DNA from: Bacilli bacterium
GTDB lineage: Bacteria > Bacillota_I > Bacilli_A > RF39 > UBA660
Assembly (NCBI GenBank): GCA_017409025.1
Contig: JAFQTN010000002.1
Location: 43,967-107,966 of the forward strand
Length of the DNA: 64,000 bases
Direction of reading: 5' to 3'
In this document: in pieces, positions 20,089-30,677 of the stretch
Layout: every line of letters begins with the position of its first letter
Position numbering within the stretch: the first letter of the stretch is position 1
Notes under the pieces: model-generated
The model's database searches: none
The model's input: the letters and a program-made list of their open reading frames with translations, nothing else
What the model was told of the DNA's origin: nothing
Program-made: the position numbers and the translations under genes

Positions 20089-21909
20089 TTATCTCTTAAC
20101 GAAATATTCCTGATACCAAATAAGGAAAGTATAGATTGTCCAAATTTTTCTACTGTTATCTCTTTTTCCTTTTTTATGTTCTTCCAGTAATTTTAATATT
20201 TTATCAACTTTAAAGAATTCTGAAGATTCACTAAATAATTTATATATCTCATTATAAGTATCTTCTTCTTTTATCCATTCTCTAATAGGAACTGGAAATC
20301 CTAATTTCTTTTTATTAGCAACCTTATCTTCTAAAGTCTCTTTACATACCTGTCTAAAAGCATATTTAGTTTCATTCCCTACTATCTTATATTCAGACGG
20401 AATACCTATAACATTACTAATTAATTCTCTATCTAAAAATGGTACCCTTACCTCTAAAGAATTAGCCATACTCATCTTATCTGCTTTAAGTAATATATCT
20501 CCAATTAACCAGAAATTGAAATCAATATATTGCATCTTACCAACTTCATCTAAATTCTTAGCCTTTTCATAATATGGTCTAGTTAAAGTTCTAAAATCAT
20601 CTTTACTAGTTTTATAATTAAGTATCTTCATACTATCTCTAGGATCAAATATAAATGCATTCCCTACATATCTATCTTCTAATTTCTTACTTCTTCTTAC
20701 CAAGAAATTAAATCCTGTATAATTTCTAAAAGGATATGCTAATATTCCTATACCTCTTCTTATAAAATATGGAATCTTATAATACCAACTAACTGAATAA
20801 GGTTCATGATATATATTATATCCACCAAATATCTCATCGGCACCTTCACCAGATAATGCAACCTTAACATGCTTACTAGCAGTATTAGCAACAAAATATA
20901 AAGCAGCAGCACTAGGATCCGCTAAAGGTTCATCCATATAATATTGAATCATACTAAATTTATCAAAATATTCACTCTTAGTAATTTTCTTACTTATATT
21001 TTTAACACCAATCTTTTCGCTTAAATCTTTAGCATAATCAATTTCACTATACTTTTTATTATCATAACCAACAGTAAAAGTCTTATCTACATTACTCAAA
21101 GTAGCAATAATTGATGAATCTACCCCACTAGATAAAAAACTTCCTACTTCAACGTCACTAACTTTATGATATTTAATAGATTCATTTAATTCTTTTCTAA
21201 TGATATCTTTCCATTCATCTAAACTCTTACTATTATCACTAGTTAAATCTATCTCATAATATTTCTTTATCTTTAAATTACCATCTTTATATTTAAAATA
21301 ATGGCCAGGTCTTAACTTATAAACATTTTTAAAAAATGTATCCTCTCCTACACTATACTGAAAAGTAAGATATTGTTTTAACATATCTCTATTTAATTCT
21401 TTCTTAAATCCTGGATGTCCTAAAAAACTCTTAATTTCAGAACCAAACATAAAACTATTCTTATCTTTATAATAATACATTGGTTTTATCCCATAAAAAT
21501 CTCTTGCCCCAAATATACTATTATTCTTAATATCATATATAACAAAAGCAAACATTCCTCTTAACTTATCAAGTATCTTTTCACTATATTCTTCATAACC
21601 ATGAAGTATTACTTCTGTATCAGATTCAGTACTAAACTTATGTCCTTTTTGAAGCAAATCTTCTTTTATTTCCTTATAGTTATATATTTCACCATTAAAT
21701 ACGATTACTTTATCTTGTTTTTCGTTTAATATTGGTTGAGTTCCACCCTCTAAGTCTATTATAGATAGTCTTCTAAACCCTAAAGCAACCTTATCATTAA
21801 CATAGTACCCATCAGAATCAGGCCCTCTATGCACAATAATATCAGCCATATCTTTTATTATTTTCTTCTTATTTTGATCTTTAGATACAAATCCTACAAA
21901 TCCACACAT
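20089..21909 (-). CDS. asnB: Asparagine synthase (glutamine-hydrolysing)
   Basis: 606 aa. N-terminal MCGFVGF with the catalytic Cys2, a glutamine-amidotransferase class II domain, and the PP-loop SGGVDSS. Confidence 0.9.
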   Translation of the reverse strand: MCGFVGFVSKDQNKKKIIKDMADIIVHRGPDSDGYYVNDKVALGFRRLSIIDLEGGTQPILNEKQDKVIVFNGEIYNYKEIKEDLLQKGHKFSTESDTEVILHGYEEYSEKILDKLRGMFAFVIYDIKNNSIFGARDFYGIKPMYYYKDKNSFMFGSEIKSFLGHPGFKKELNRDMLKQYLTFQYSVGEDTFFKNVYKLRPGHYFKYKDGNLKIKKYYEIDLTSDNSKSLDEWKDIIRKELNESIKYHKVSDVEVGSFLSSGVDSSIIATLSNVDKTFTVGYDNKKYSEIDYAKDLSEKIGVKNISKKITKSEYFDKFSMIQYYMDEPLADPSAAALYFVANTASKHVKVALSGEGADEIFGGYNIYHEPYSVSWYYKIPYFIRRGIGILAYPFRNYTGFNFLVRRSKKLEDRYVGNAFIFDPRDSMKILNYKTSKDDFRTLTRPYYEKAKNLDEVGKMQYIDFNFWLIGDILLKADKMSMANSLEVRVPFLDRELISNVIGIPSEYKIVGNETKYAFRQVCKETLEDKVANKKKLGFPVPIREWIKEEDTYNEIYKLFSESSEFFKVDKILKLLEEHKKGKRDNSRKIWTIYTFLIWYQEYFVKR

Positions 21910-21966
21910 ATTATCTACCTCAAATCCATTATAACATAAATTCTAAAAAGAAAAAAACTCTTTTAG

Positions 21967-23343
21967 TTATTTACTAACTAATTCAAGAGCTTTTTGTAAT
22001 TGATTATCATTTTCTATTATAGGATTCTCATAATATTCTTCATTTAATTCAACAACATCTGTTGGTTCGATTCCCTTTTCGTTTATCCAATTACCTTCTG
22101 GAGTTAACCAGTTTTCTATTGTATATTTAATCATACTACCATCAGATAAAGTCTTAACCTGTTGAACAGTACCTTTACCATATGTTTTAGTACCTACAAC
22201 AAATCCATTATAACTTTCCTTTATCGCAGCAGCTAATATTTCTGAAGCCGATGCGCTTCCTCCATTAACTAAAACAGAAATTGGATATTCACGATAAGTA
22301 GCTGTCTTATCCTTAGTAACATCAGTATCATCACCTTTTTGTACCTGATATAAAATTTCTCCCTTAGGAAGTAATAAGTTTAAAATAGATGTAACCGTAG
22401 TTAAATAACCTCCATTATTTCCCCTAACATCAATTACTAACCCAGAAATATTTTCTTTTTCTAATTCTTCTAATTTAGATTCAAATTGTTTTGAAGCAAC
22501 AGAGGAAAATATAGAAATACCAATATATCCTATCTTTTTACCATTTTTTTCATATGTTGTACTACTAACAACCGGCATCTCAACCTTATCTCTCTTTAAA
22601 GTAAAAGATAATTCTTCTTCTCCTCTTTTAACTACCATTTTTACTTCTCCAGAACCTTCTACCTTAATATAATTTGATAACTCATTGACACTAATATTTT
22701 CTATTCCAACTTCATCTATCTTTAAATTAATATCATCTACCATTAAAATAATATCATCTTTTTTTAATCCAACTTTATATGAAGGACTATTTTCATAAAC
22801 ATCTATTACTTTAATACCACTATCTGTTAACTGAATCGTAGCACCAATACCTTCATAAACACCATTTACTAGTTCATTAAATTCTTCAGTACCACTTATA
22901 TCAACATAACTAGTATATTCATCTCCAACACTAGATACCATTCCGTTAATAGCACTTTCTACTAACGTTTCTTTATCAATATCGTCATAATAATTATCAA
23001 CAATTGTCTCATAAACTTCAAAAAATTTACCTAACTCTTTTGATAATTTAAAATAATTTCTTCCACCAGTAAAAACTGTAAATACTGAAAAGCAAGCAAA
23101 AGCACCTATAACTAAAGAAGCTAATGTTATAACAAAAACTTCAGAAAAAGAATAATTATCTTTATCCATCTTAAATAAATTACCTACTTTAGAAAAAAAC
23201 TTACATATTTTAGAATTAGAAATTTTTTCATATTTCTTTCTTCTAATATTTCTTTTTTCTATTCTTATCTTTTCTTTTTCTTCTTTAATAATCTTCTTAG
23301 ATTCAAGTATTTTTTTATTAGTTTTTCCCATATTCTCTATCAT
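21967..23343 (-). CDS. ctpA: Carboxy-terminal processing protease (S41 family) with a PDZ domain
   Basis: 458 aa. N-terminal TM anchor, PDZ (GIKVIDVYENSPSYKVGLKKDDIILMVDD), and the S41 catalytic region VLVNGGSASASEILAAAIKE. Confidence 0.8.
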   Translation of the reverse strand: MIENMGKTNKKILESKKIIKEEKEKIRIEKRNIRRKKYEKISNSKICKFFSKVGNLFKMDKDNYSFSEVFVITLASLVIGAFACFSVFTVFTGGRNYFKLSKELGKFFEVYETIVDNYYDDIDKETLVESAINGMVSSVGDEYTSYVDISGTEEFNELVNGVYEGIGATIQLTDSGIKVIDVYENSPSYKVGLKKDDIILMVDDINLKIDEVGIENISVNELSNYIKVEGSGEVKMVVKRGEEELSFTLKRDKVEMPVVSSTTYEKNGKKIGYIGISIFSSVASKQFESKLEELEKENISGLVIDVRGNNGGYLTTVTSILNLLLPKGEILYQVQKGDDTDVTKDKTATYREYPISVLVNGGSASASEILAAAIKESYNGFVVGTKTYGKGTVQQVKTLSDGSMIKYTIENWLTPEGNWINEKGIEPTDVVELNEEYYENPIIENDNQLQKALELVSK

Positions 23344-23438
23344 CTACTCTCTAATAATCAGTCTAACACATAAAATATATTTAAACAATAATTTTTCCCT
23401 AATTTTACATACTTTTAAAATAAATTAACATAATATAA

Positions 23439-24878
23439 ATGGTGAATTATATGAATAAAATTATAAATAAAATTAAGAATGAAACAAACAATCTAGATAA
23501 CGTTATATATAGAAAAAAAAGAATTCTATATAAAGATTTACACATTATATATATTGATGCCCTAATAGCATCAGATAAAATTAGTGATTTTGTATTAAGA
23601 AGCCTAAACAGAATCCATATACCTACATATAAAAATATTATTAACAAAATTGCTAATTTTAAATATAAAGAATTAACTACTTATGATGAAATTATCTATT
23701 ATTTAAATAGTGGATTTACCATCCTTTTAGTATCTAAAAATAAATATATTGCATTAGAAACAAGAAGAGATTTATCAAGAGGAGTATCTACTCCAATAAC
23801 AGAAAACACATCTCGTGGACCACTTGATGCATTCACTGAAAATATAGAAATGAATATTGGTCTAATTAAAAGAAGAATTAAAAGTAATGACTTATGGATA
23901 AAAAAATATGTTTTAGGTAAATATACTCAAACTAGTGCAGGATTAATATATATTAAATCTATTGCCAATAAAGATTTAGTAGAAAAAGTTGACACTCTAA
24001 TTAAAAATATTGATATTGACGGAATTATTGGTACAGGTACTATAAGAAATTTAATTGAAAAAGAAAACAAAAACTTTTTCCCTAACATATTAAGTGCAGA
24101 AAAACCATATACAGCAATTAAATATCTTCTACAAGGTAACGTTATAATAATGATCGATAATGATCCATTTGTATTAATTCTTCCATCAACATTAAATGAT
24201 TATTTTATCTCTGAAGAAGATGATTATAATAAAAGTATAAGTGTATCAGTAACAAGAATAGTTAGATATATAACTTTCGCAATAACGCTACTAACACCAG
24301 GTATATATATAGCAATAACTACATATAACCAAGAAATATTACCAACACAACTCTTAACAAGTATTGCAGCCCAAAGAGAAAATGTTCCCTTTTCAACCTT
24401 TGTTGAAGCACTTCTCATGATACTATCATTTGAAATACTAAGAGAAAGTGATTTAAAACTACCAAGTTTTGCTAGTTCTGCCATTTCTATAGTTGGGGCC
24501 CTAATCCTAGGAGAAGCTGCCGTAAGTGCCGGTATTGTATCCCCAATAATGATAATTGTCGTAGCTATAACTTCAATTTCTTCACTAATTTTTGTAGAAC
24601 CACAATTTACAAACGCCCTAAGAATATACCGAATAGGATTTATGATAGGTGGCGTTATCTTTGGAATATATGGAATTCTACTAATGGCAATTCTTTTACT
24701 AATAAATTTAGTTAGCTATGATTTTCTAGGAATACCATACTTATCTCCATTCGCACCACCAATAACTGCTGACTTAAAAGATAGTATTATCAAATTTCCA
24801 ACAATAAAACTTAAAAAAAGAAATCACTTATTAAGTAATAATATAACTAAAAATATAACAGGTGATGAATATGATTAA
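23439..24878 (+). CDS. gerAA: Spore germination receptor subunit A (GerA/GerKA family)
   Basis: 479 aa. GerA-family layout with a soluble N-terminal domain and ~5 C-terminal TM helices. It is first in a gerA-type tricistronic operon and overlaps the start of the next gene. Confidence 0.8.
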   Translation: MVNYMNKIINKIKNETNNLDNVIYRKKRILYKDLHIIYIDALIASDKISDFVLRSLNRIHIPTYKNIINKIANFKYKELTTYDEIIYYLNSGFTILLVSKNKYIALETRRDLSRGVSTPITENTSRGPLDAFTENIEMNIGLIKRRIKSNDLWIKKYVLGKYTQTSAGLIYIKSIANKDLVEKVDTLIKNIDIDGIIGTGTIRNLIEKENKNFFPNILSAEKPYTAIKYLLQGNVIIMIDNDPFVLILPSTLNDYFISEEDDYNKSISVSVTRIVRYITFAITLLTPGIYIAITTYNQEILPTQLLTSIAAQRENVPFSTFVEALLMILSFEILRESDLKLPSFASSAISIVGALILGEAAVSAGIVSPIMIIVVAITSISSLIFVEPQFTNALRIYRIGFMIGGVIFGIYGILLMAILLLINLVSYDFLGIPYLSPFAPPITADLKDSIIKFPTIKLKKRNHLLSNNITKNITGDEYD

Positions 24879-26028
24879 AAAAATATTACTAATCCTTATA
24901 ATATTTCTATTAACGGGTTGTTATGATCACAAAGAATTAAATACAATTGCTATCATGACAGCTACTGAAATAAACAAAATTAATAATGAATATATCATAA
25001 ATGTACAAGTAGTAAACCCTCAATCATCAGATAAAACCGTAAACGTAGGTTCCCCATTTTTCGTATACGAAGGAAAAGGAATAACTTTACACGAAGCATA
25101 TCGTAATATAAAAACACAATCATCTAGATTCTTATATCCTAATCATATGCAATTACTTATTGTAAACGAAAAACTCGCTAAAGAAGATATAAGTGAAATA
25201 ATTGATTTTTACTTAAGAATTCCTGATACAAGAACTGAGTTTAATGTCTTAATAGGAAAATCAGATAATATCCTAAATATAACCACACCTATAGATGATA
25301 TATCAGCAATCAGTATATTAGAAACAATGAGGACCAATAATAAATATTTAGGTATCACTAATCTAGTAACATTTAATGATTTTGCTAATATGAATCTAAA
25401 TAAAAATTTAGAAATAATTCTTCCATCTATTGAAACAGTAGACTACACTGAAGAATCTACCACTATAGAAAATACAGAAAAAACAGAAATAAAAAGTCTA
25501 TATAAACTAGGCAATCTTGCCATATTTAAAGATAATAAACTATTAGATTACTTAGACAAAGATGAAAGCATTACTTATAATCTAATAAAAAATAAAGTTG
25601 CTTCAATATTAATAACCAAAGAATGTGAAAAAGATAAATATATAACAGCTGAAGCAACAGAAATAAAATCAGAAATTAGTACTAAAAATAAAGAAATAAA
25701 TATTAACGTGAAAATGTCAGGGAACATTAATGAAAATATGTGTAATATTAAATTAAATAATGAAAAAGAACTAAAAAAACTAGAAAAAGAATTATCAAAA
25801 TATATCAAAGATAAAATTGAAACCAGTATAAATAATATAAGAAAAAACTATAATTCAGACATATTTGGGTTTTTAGATTTAATATATAAAAAAGATTATA
25901 AAACTTACAAAGAAATAAAAGATACATGGTATGATGGAGAATTTCAAAATATAAAAATAAATATTAAATCATCTATAGATATTATTGGTAAAGGTAATGT
26001 CCAGGAGGGTAATAATGAAAAAAATTAG
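24862..26028 (+). CDS. gerAC: Spore germination receptor subunit C, a lipoprotein
   Basis: 388 aa. Signal peptide with a lipobox LLTGC, and GerAC-family features. Confidence 0.75.
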   Translation: MMNMIKKILLILIIFLLTGCYDHKELNTIAIMTATEINKINNEYIINVQVVNPQSSDKTVNVGSPFFVYEGKGITLHEAYRNIKTQSSRFLYPNHMQLLIVNEKLAKEDISEIIDFYLRIPDTRTEFNVLIGKSDNILNITTPIDDISAISILETMRTNNKYLGITNLVTFNDFANMNLNKNLEIILPSIETVDYTEESTTIENTEKTEIKSLYKLGNLAIFKDNKLLDYLDKDESITYNLIKNKVASILITKECEKDKYITAEATEIKSEISTKNKEININVKMSGNINENMCNIKLNNEKELKKLEKELSKYIKDKIETSINNIRKNYNSDIFGFLDLIYKKDYKTYKEIKDTWYDGEFQNIKINIKSSIDIIGKGNVQEGNNEKN

Positions 26029-27103
26029 TTATTTAGAAATTACATCTCTAGTAATCATTCAAACAGTAACAACCTTCTTTGGTATATCAGTATCAATTTT
26101 AAAAGAAGGATCAGGAATTAACTCATGGTTATCTGCATTATTATCATATGTAATAGGTATAATACCACTTATAATGATTATTTATATCTCTAACTATAAA
26201 AAAGATTTAAAATTAAATGATAAAATAAATAATCTATTTGGTAAAAAAATAGGATTCTGTATCAATATACTCCTATCTTTATTATTAGTATCATTAGCAA
26301 TTACTCTACTATATAATATTAATAATTTTATCCTATCACAATTCTTATACAGAACTCCATTCATAGTAAGTTGTTCCCTATTCATGTTATTAATTATCTA
26401 TAATGCCAATAAAGGAATAAACGTTATATCAAAAGTAGCTATGCTATTATTAATATTAAATATTTTTCTATACACTATAAATATATCATCATTAGTACAA
26501 TATATTGATATCTCTAACTTCTATCCACTATTAAAAGTAAATACTAATAACATAATACCTACAGCCATAAAAATATCAAGTATTAACTATCTCCCACTAA
26601 TAACCATACTAGTAATTCCTAAAGATAAATTAACTACTCCTAAAAAATATAATAAATCTCTAATTATTGGATACATCATCGGAGCTATTATCTCATTTGG
26701 ATTAGTAATAACAACATTTGGAGTATTAGGAATAGACTTAGTAAATACTTTTGAATATTCAGAATATATTGTCTTAAGAAAAGTAAAATTATTAGGCTTC
26801 TTAGAAAGAATTGAAAACATTATTTCACTACAATGGATAATTGGATCATATATCTATTTAACAGTTCTAGTCTATACTATGACAAAAAGCATCTCTATCA
26901 AATCTAAAAAAATAAATACCTGGATAACTACTATTATTGGTATATCTCTAATAGTTATTACCCTATTAATATTTAAAGATAATACTATTTTTGACAATTA
27001 CATTAGAAATATCTTCCCATACATTATCAGTGGAATAACTTTAATCTATATCTTATTAATAATAAAAATATTTATATCTAAAACTAATTTATCAAAAACA
27101 TAG
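25985..27103 (+). CDS. gerAB: Spore germination receptor subunit B (a membrane protein of the APC-transporter superfamily)
   Basis: 372 aa with ~10 TM helices. It follows the C subunit in A-C-B order. The true start is probably MKKISYLEIT near 26015. Confidence 0.75.
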   Translation: MVKVMSRRVIMKKISYLEITSLVIIQTVTTFFGISVSILKEGSGINSWLSALLSYVIGIIPLIMIIYISNYKKDLKLNDKINNLFGKKIGFCINILLSLLLVSLAITLLYNINNFILSQFLYRTPFIVSCSLFMLLIIYNANKGINVISKVAMLLLILNIFLYTINISSLVQYIDISNFYPLLKVNTNNIIPTAIKISSINYLPLITILVIPKDKLTTPKKYNKSLIIGYIIGAIISFGLVITTFGVLGIDLVNTFEYSEYIVLRKVKLLGFLERIENIISLQWIIGSYIYLTVLVYTMTKSISIKSKKINTWITTIIGISLIVITLLIFKDNTIFDNYIRNIFPYIISGITLIYILLIIKIFISKTNLSKT

Positions 27104-27144
27104 ACTTTATAAAATTAGTTTGATAAAATTAAATTGGTGGTAAT

Positions 27145-27882
27145 ATGTGTTTTAGAAAAAAAGCTATTTTAATGATTCATGGTTTCGTAGGTGGTTGTTA
27201 CGATTTTGGTTCTTTTCATAATGAACTACAATTATATAAAAAATTTGACGTATATACATACACTCTACCTGCTCATGAAAAATTTATTGTCAATGATGTA
27301 AAGTATACTGAATGGATTAAGGAGTCCATTAAACAAATAGAATTCTTAATTAATAATGGATATAAAGAAATATATTTAATCGGTCACAGTATGGGAGGCG
27401 TAATTGCAGCCTATCTTGCCAGTCATTACAAAGAAGTAAAAAAGCTAGTACTAGCTGCACCAGCATTTAGATATTTCTATTTTAAAGATGGTAAAGTCGA
27501 TATAAAAAGTTTAAATACTACTCTTAAAAATATAAGTGAAATATTAAAAGGAGCAGATACTGAACAAGTAGTATCTAGAATCTTAAAAACACCAATTTCA
27601 ACAATGATTGAATTTACTAAACTAGTTAATCATTGTCAAAATTGTGTAAACTATATCACCTGTCCTACTCTAACCATTCGTGGAATGGATGATATCGTAG
27701 TTCCAAATGAAGGAGTAGAATTTGTTCATAATGGAATAAAATCTAAATCAAATACTTTAGTAAATATTAAAAAATTAAATCACGAATGTTTTACTCACAA
27801 AAAAAATAATGAAGTAAAAAATATTATTAAAGAATTTCTTGTTAAAAGGCCTAAAAATAAAAAAGAAATTATAGAACTTTAA
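27145..27882 (+). CDS. Alpha/beta-hydrolase fold esterase/lipase
   Basis: 245 aa. Nucleophile elbow GHSMGG within IYLIGHSMGGVIAAYLAS. Confidence 0.7.
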   Translation: MCFRKKAILMIHGFVGGCYDFGSFHNELQLYKKFDVYTYTLPAHEKFIVNDVKYTEWIKESIKQIEFLINNGYKEIYLIGHSMGGVIAAYLASHYKEVKKLVLAAPAFRYFYFKDGKVDIKSLNTTLKNISEILKGADTEQVVSRILKTPISTMIEFTKLVNHCQNCVNYITCPTLTIRGMDDIVVPNEGVEFVHNGIKSKSNTLVNIKKLNHECFTHKKNNEVKNIIKEFLVKRPKNKKEIIEL

Positions 27883-28304
27883 TGTAATTGTCTACATACC
27901 CCAGGATCTGGTTTATAAAAACAATGATTTTTATAACTACCAGCTAATTGTTGATCCCACCAAGTAGCAGAACAGGATGTTCCTGTTGACGGTGCATAAA
28001 ACCATAATGAATTAGTAGCTGGAAAATAATATTCTCCTCGCAAAACTCTTTTTGCCAGGAGTTTTTCTTTTTCCGTAGGATTTCCATAAAACAAAGAACT
28101 ATTAGTACCAGAAAAACCACCAGGACTCTGATAAATCATTTTATAAACCGTTGTAATATCTTTAAATGTTAAACAATCAGCAATAACCCTATTAACTCCT
28201 ACATTTCCGACCATAAGCATCCCTAAATTACCCTCACCTAATGCTTCAGCTCTCATAAGTCTAGCTAAAAGTTCCATTTCTTTCTCAGTATATTTAACTA
28301 TCAT
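27879..28304 (-). CDS. Cell-wall hydrolase, SleB-like catalytic domain (Hydrolase_2 family)
   Basis: 141 aa. LLARLMRAEALGEGNLGMLMVGNVGVNRV...YQSPGGFSG...LWFYAP...WW are conserved blocks of the SleB/CwlJ catalytic domain. There is no N-terminal peptidoglycan-binding domain. Confidence 0.7.
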   Translation of the reverse strand: MIVKYTEKEMELLARLMRAEALGEGNLGMLMVGNVGVNRVIADCLTFKDITTVYKMIYQSPGGFSGTNSSLFYGNPTEKEKLLAKRVLRGEYYFPATNSLWFYAPSTGTSCSATWWDQQLAGSYKNHCFYKPDPGVCRQLH

Positions 28305-28348
28305 CTAATCACCTAAAATATTATATGTTTTTATTATAAATTATTGTT

Positions 28349-28385
28349 AAAATATTGATTAAACTAATATTTTATGATAAAATTA
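28349..28385 (+). promoter_or_regulatory. Putative sigma-A promoter for tRNA-Trp (TTGATT-17-TAAAAT)
   Basis: ttgattaaactaatattttatgataaaat sits ~15 nt upstream of the mature tRNA 5' end. Confidence 0.4.
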
Positions 28386-28401
28386 ATATCGATTCAACAA
28401 T

Positions 28402-28475
28402 TAGGGGATTAGTTAAATGGTATAATAATGGTCTCCAAAACCACTGTTGGGAGTTCGATTCTCTCATCCCCTGCC
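28402..28475 (+). tRNA. tRNA-Trp (anticodon CCA)
   Basis: AGGGGATTAGTTAAATGGTATAATAATGGTCTCCAAAACCACTGTTGGGAGTTCGATTCTCTCATCCCCTGCCA. The 7-bp acceptor stem AGGGGAT/ATCCCCT, the anticodon loop CTCCAAA, a T-loop and an encoded CCA are present. Confidence 0.9.
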
Positions 28476-28493
28476 ATTTGGATATCACTCCAA

Positions 28494-28552
28494 CTTTTGG
28501 AGTTAAATATACTGAAAACGCTTGATTTTAAACTAAAATCAGCGTTTTTAAT
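28494..28552 (+). terminator. Two consecutive hairpins downstream of tRNA-Trp. The second is followed by a T-run, consistent with a rho-independent terminator.
   Basis: Hairpin 1 is ACTCCAA-cttt-TTGGAGT (28495..28512). Hairpin 2 is AAAACGCTTGATTTTA-aac-TAAAATCAGCGTTTTT followed by AATTTTG (28514..28552). Confidence 0.6.
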
Positions 28553-28628
28553 TTTGTATAAATAAAATCATAATATTTTATGTTATAATGTAAATAGGTA
28601 GAATACGAAATTGATTGTGAGGAAACTG

Positions 28629-29441
28629 ATGAACAAAGAATTAATAATAGAAATTGCAAAAAATAAATTTAAAGGCGAATTATTAGAAACTGTATTAAAT
28701 CAAATTAATACATATTTTGAACTAAAAAATTCTGGATATGTTGCCGATAAAAAATATAATTTAAATGATGATGTCATATTAAACAAAAATCATTTGTTGC
28801 ATGGAATTGGGAGACACTCAGATATCGTAAGTATCTTTGCTGATAGAGGAATAATAAGTCAGGATTTTTTGGGTGATGATTCCAATCATGCTTTTTGTTA
28901 TACTTCAGCATTTTGGAGTGTTAAAAAAGATATATCTTTAAAAGAATATATAGAAAATTATAGTGGCATAATTGCAAAAGTAAATGATCAATATTTGCAA
29001 GTTCCTTATGGTAAGTTAGATGAATTTGTGGAGAATATGAAAAAAGTAGATCATTGGTTATGGACTGCCGAGTCTTCAATGGAAATAAGATTTATGCCAT
29101 CTCTTGCTAGAAATATAAATCAAATTGGATTTATTGTTAATATGGAAAATGAACTATGTCAAAAATTAAGAGATAACTCTATATTTAAATCTAATTTTAA
29201 TAAAGAATATTCTTATGAATTTATTAGTGGAAAAGCAAAAGAAAAATTCTTGAATGAAGGTTTTAATGCGGACTTCTTTCAAAGAGCCGATTATTTAATA
29301 TTTGGTGTACCACAAAATGTGATTGAAGGAATTGTTGTTGGTCGAATAGTTGAAAATAATCAAGATTATTTGAATCAACTCAAATCATTATTTCCAAATT
29401 GTTATATTTGCAATTTAGATGGAAAAGTAATAAAAATATAA
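28629..29441 (+). CDS. Hypothetical protein with no recognisable domain
   Basis: ORF of 276 aa from the first ATG, or 270 aa from the GAGGAAACTG-ATG start at 28629. The A+T-biased codon usage matches the host. It is the first gene of the block downstream of tRNA-Trp. Confidence 0.5.
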   Translation: MNKELIIEIAKNKFKGELLETVLNQINTYFELKNSGYVADKKYNLNDDVILNKNHLLHGIGRHSDIVSIFADRGIISQDFLGDDSNHAFCYTSAFWSVKKDISLKEYIENYSGIIAKVNDQYLQVPYGKLDEFVENMKKVDHWLWTAESSMEIRFMPSLARNINQIGFIVNMENELCQKLRDNSIFKSNFNKEYSYEFISGKAKEKFLNEGFNADFFQRADYLIFGVPQNVIEGIVVGRIVENNQDYLNQLKSLFPNCYICNLDGKVIKI

Positions 29442-29573
29442 AAGAAAGGTGTAAAAATAAAAAATGGTATTTGCCTTTAAAATTGTACCATTAATATAAT
29501 TCGAGTTATTGTACTCGTTAAGATAAACTTGGTATAAATATATCAAGTATATCTTATTTAAGGAGTTGATTTT

Positions 29574-29957
29574 ATGTACCATTGTTTTAGACTTAAAAAC
29601 GGTGATGATTTAAAAAAAGAAATTGAAACATATGTAATAAAAAATAAAATTTCGGGTATTATCTTATCTGCTGTCGGCTCTCTTAATAAATTAACATTAA
29701 GACTTGCAGATGGGAAAAGTATCTTAGAAAAAGAAAGTATGTTTGAAATTGTAAGTATCACAGGAACTTTATCCGAAGATGGTGTACATATTCATATATC
29801 TGTTTCGGATGAATTTGGAAATACAATCGGTGGTCATTTAAAAGATGGATGTATTATAAATACTACCGCAGAAGTTGTATTAAAAACATTTGAAAATATA
29901 AAATTTAAAAGAGAATATGATGACAAAACAGGATTTGATGAATTAGTAATAAAATAA
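29574..29957 (+). CDS. PPC-domain (DUF296) protein, a predicted DNA-binding or regulatory protein
   Basis: 127 aa. GIILSAVGSLNKLTLRLADG...EIVSITGTLSEDGVHIHISVSDEFGNTIGGHL is the conserved core of the PPC/DUF296 fold. Confidence 0.6.
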   Translation: MYHCFRLKNGDDLKKEIETYVIKNKISGIILSAVGSLNKLTLRLADGKSILEKESMFEIVSITGTLSEDGVHIHISVSDEFGNTIGGHLKDGCIINTTAEVVLKTFENIKFKREYDDKTGFDELVIK

Positions 29958-30002
29958 TAAAGATACAATAATATCAAGTCTTTTACAATCAAAGGAGTTC
30001 AT

Positions 30003-30551
30003 ATGTTTGAATATAATAAAGAAATAATTTTAAGAATATTAAAATTAGAAGAGTTTGAATTAGATAATTTAAACCCCAACGAAATCCAACATGTACCAAT
30101 GCATCAATATAGAGTATCTAAAAAAAATAGTCCCTATTTATTAGTTGAAAATCTTCAAGTTTGTATTGGTTTATATGCATATACCAATAATTTCGGATTT
30201 GCCGCTCATCTTAATCCAGTAGTAATGCGTGGGAATGAATTTGAATGTGATAAAAATAAAAACATAATATATTGTCGTAGAATTGATGATCTATTCAATG
30301 CTATTACAAATATTAAACCCGAAGGAAATATTCATATTGGAATTGCATTAGGATTAGCACCCGTTCGAGAAACATATCAACAAGCCGAGATGTTAGACAA
30401 ATCAATTGATGAATTAATATTTAAATTAAATACTATGGGTATTGATGCAACCAAGTTAAATATACAACATAATCATATTTTTATATTAGATTCTACTAAT
30501 GGAAGTATAATAACTCCAACAAATACAAAAAAATTCACAAGAAGAAAATAA
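30003..30551 (+). CDS. Hypothetical protein
   Basis: 182 aa with no recognised motif. RBS AAAGGAG 8 nt upstream. Confidence 0.45.
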   Translation: MFEYNKEIILRILKLEEFELDNLNPNEIQHVPMHQYRVSKKNSPYLLVENLQVCIGLYAYTNNFGFAAHLNPVVMRGNEFECDKNKNIIYCRRIDDLFNAITNIKPEGNIHIGIALGLAPVRETYQQAEMLDKSIDELIFKLNTMGIDATKLNIQHNHIFILDSTNGSIITPTNTKKFTRRK

Positions 30552-30677
30552 TAAGTAAGGAAAGATATAAAATCACTTTAAAATCACACTATTTAGAATG
30601 ATTCAAATAAATGTGTCCGTTATGATATGAATTTGTACGAACATATCAAGTTTTTCCATTTATCAGGAGGCCTTTAA

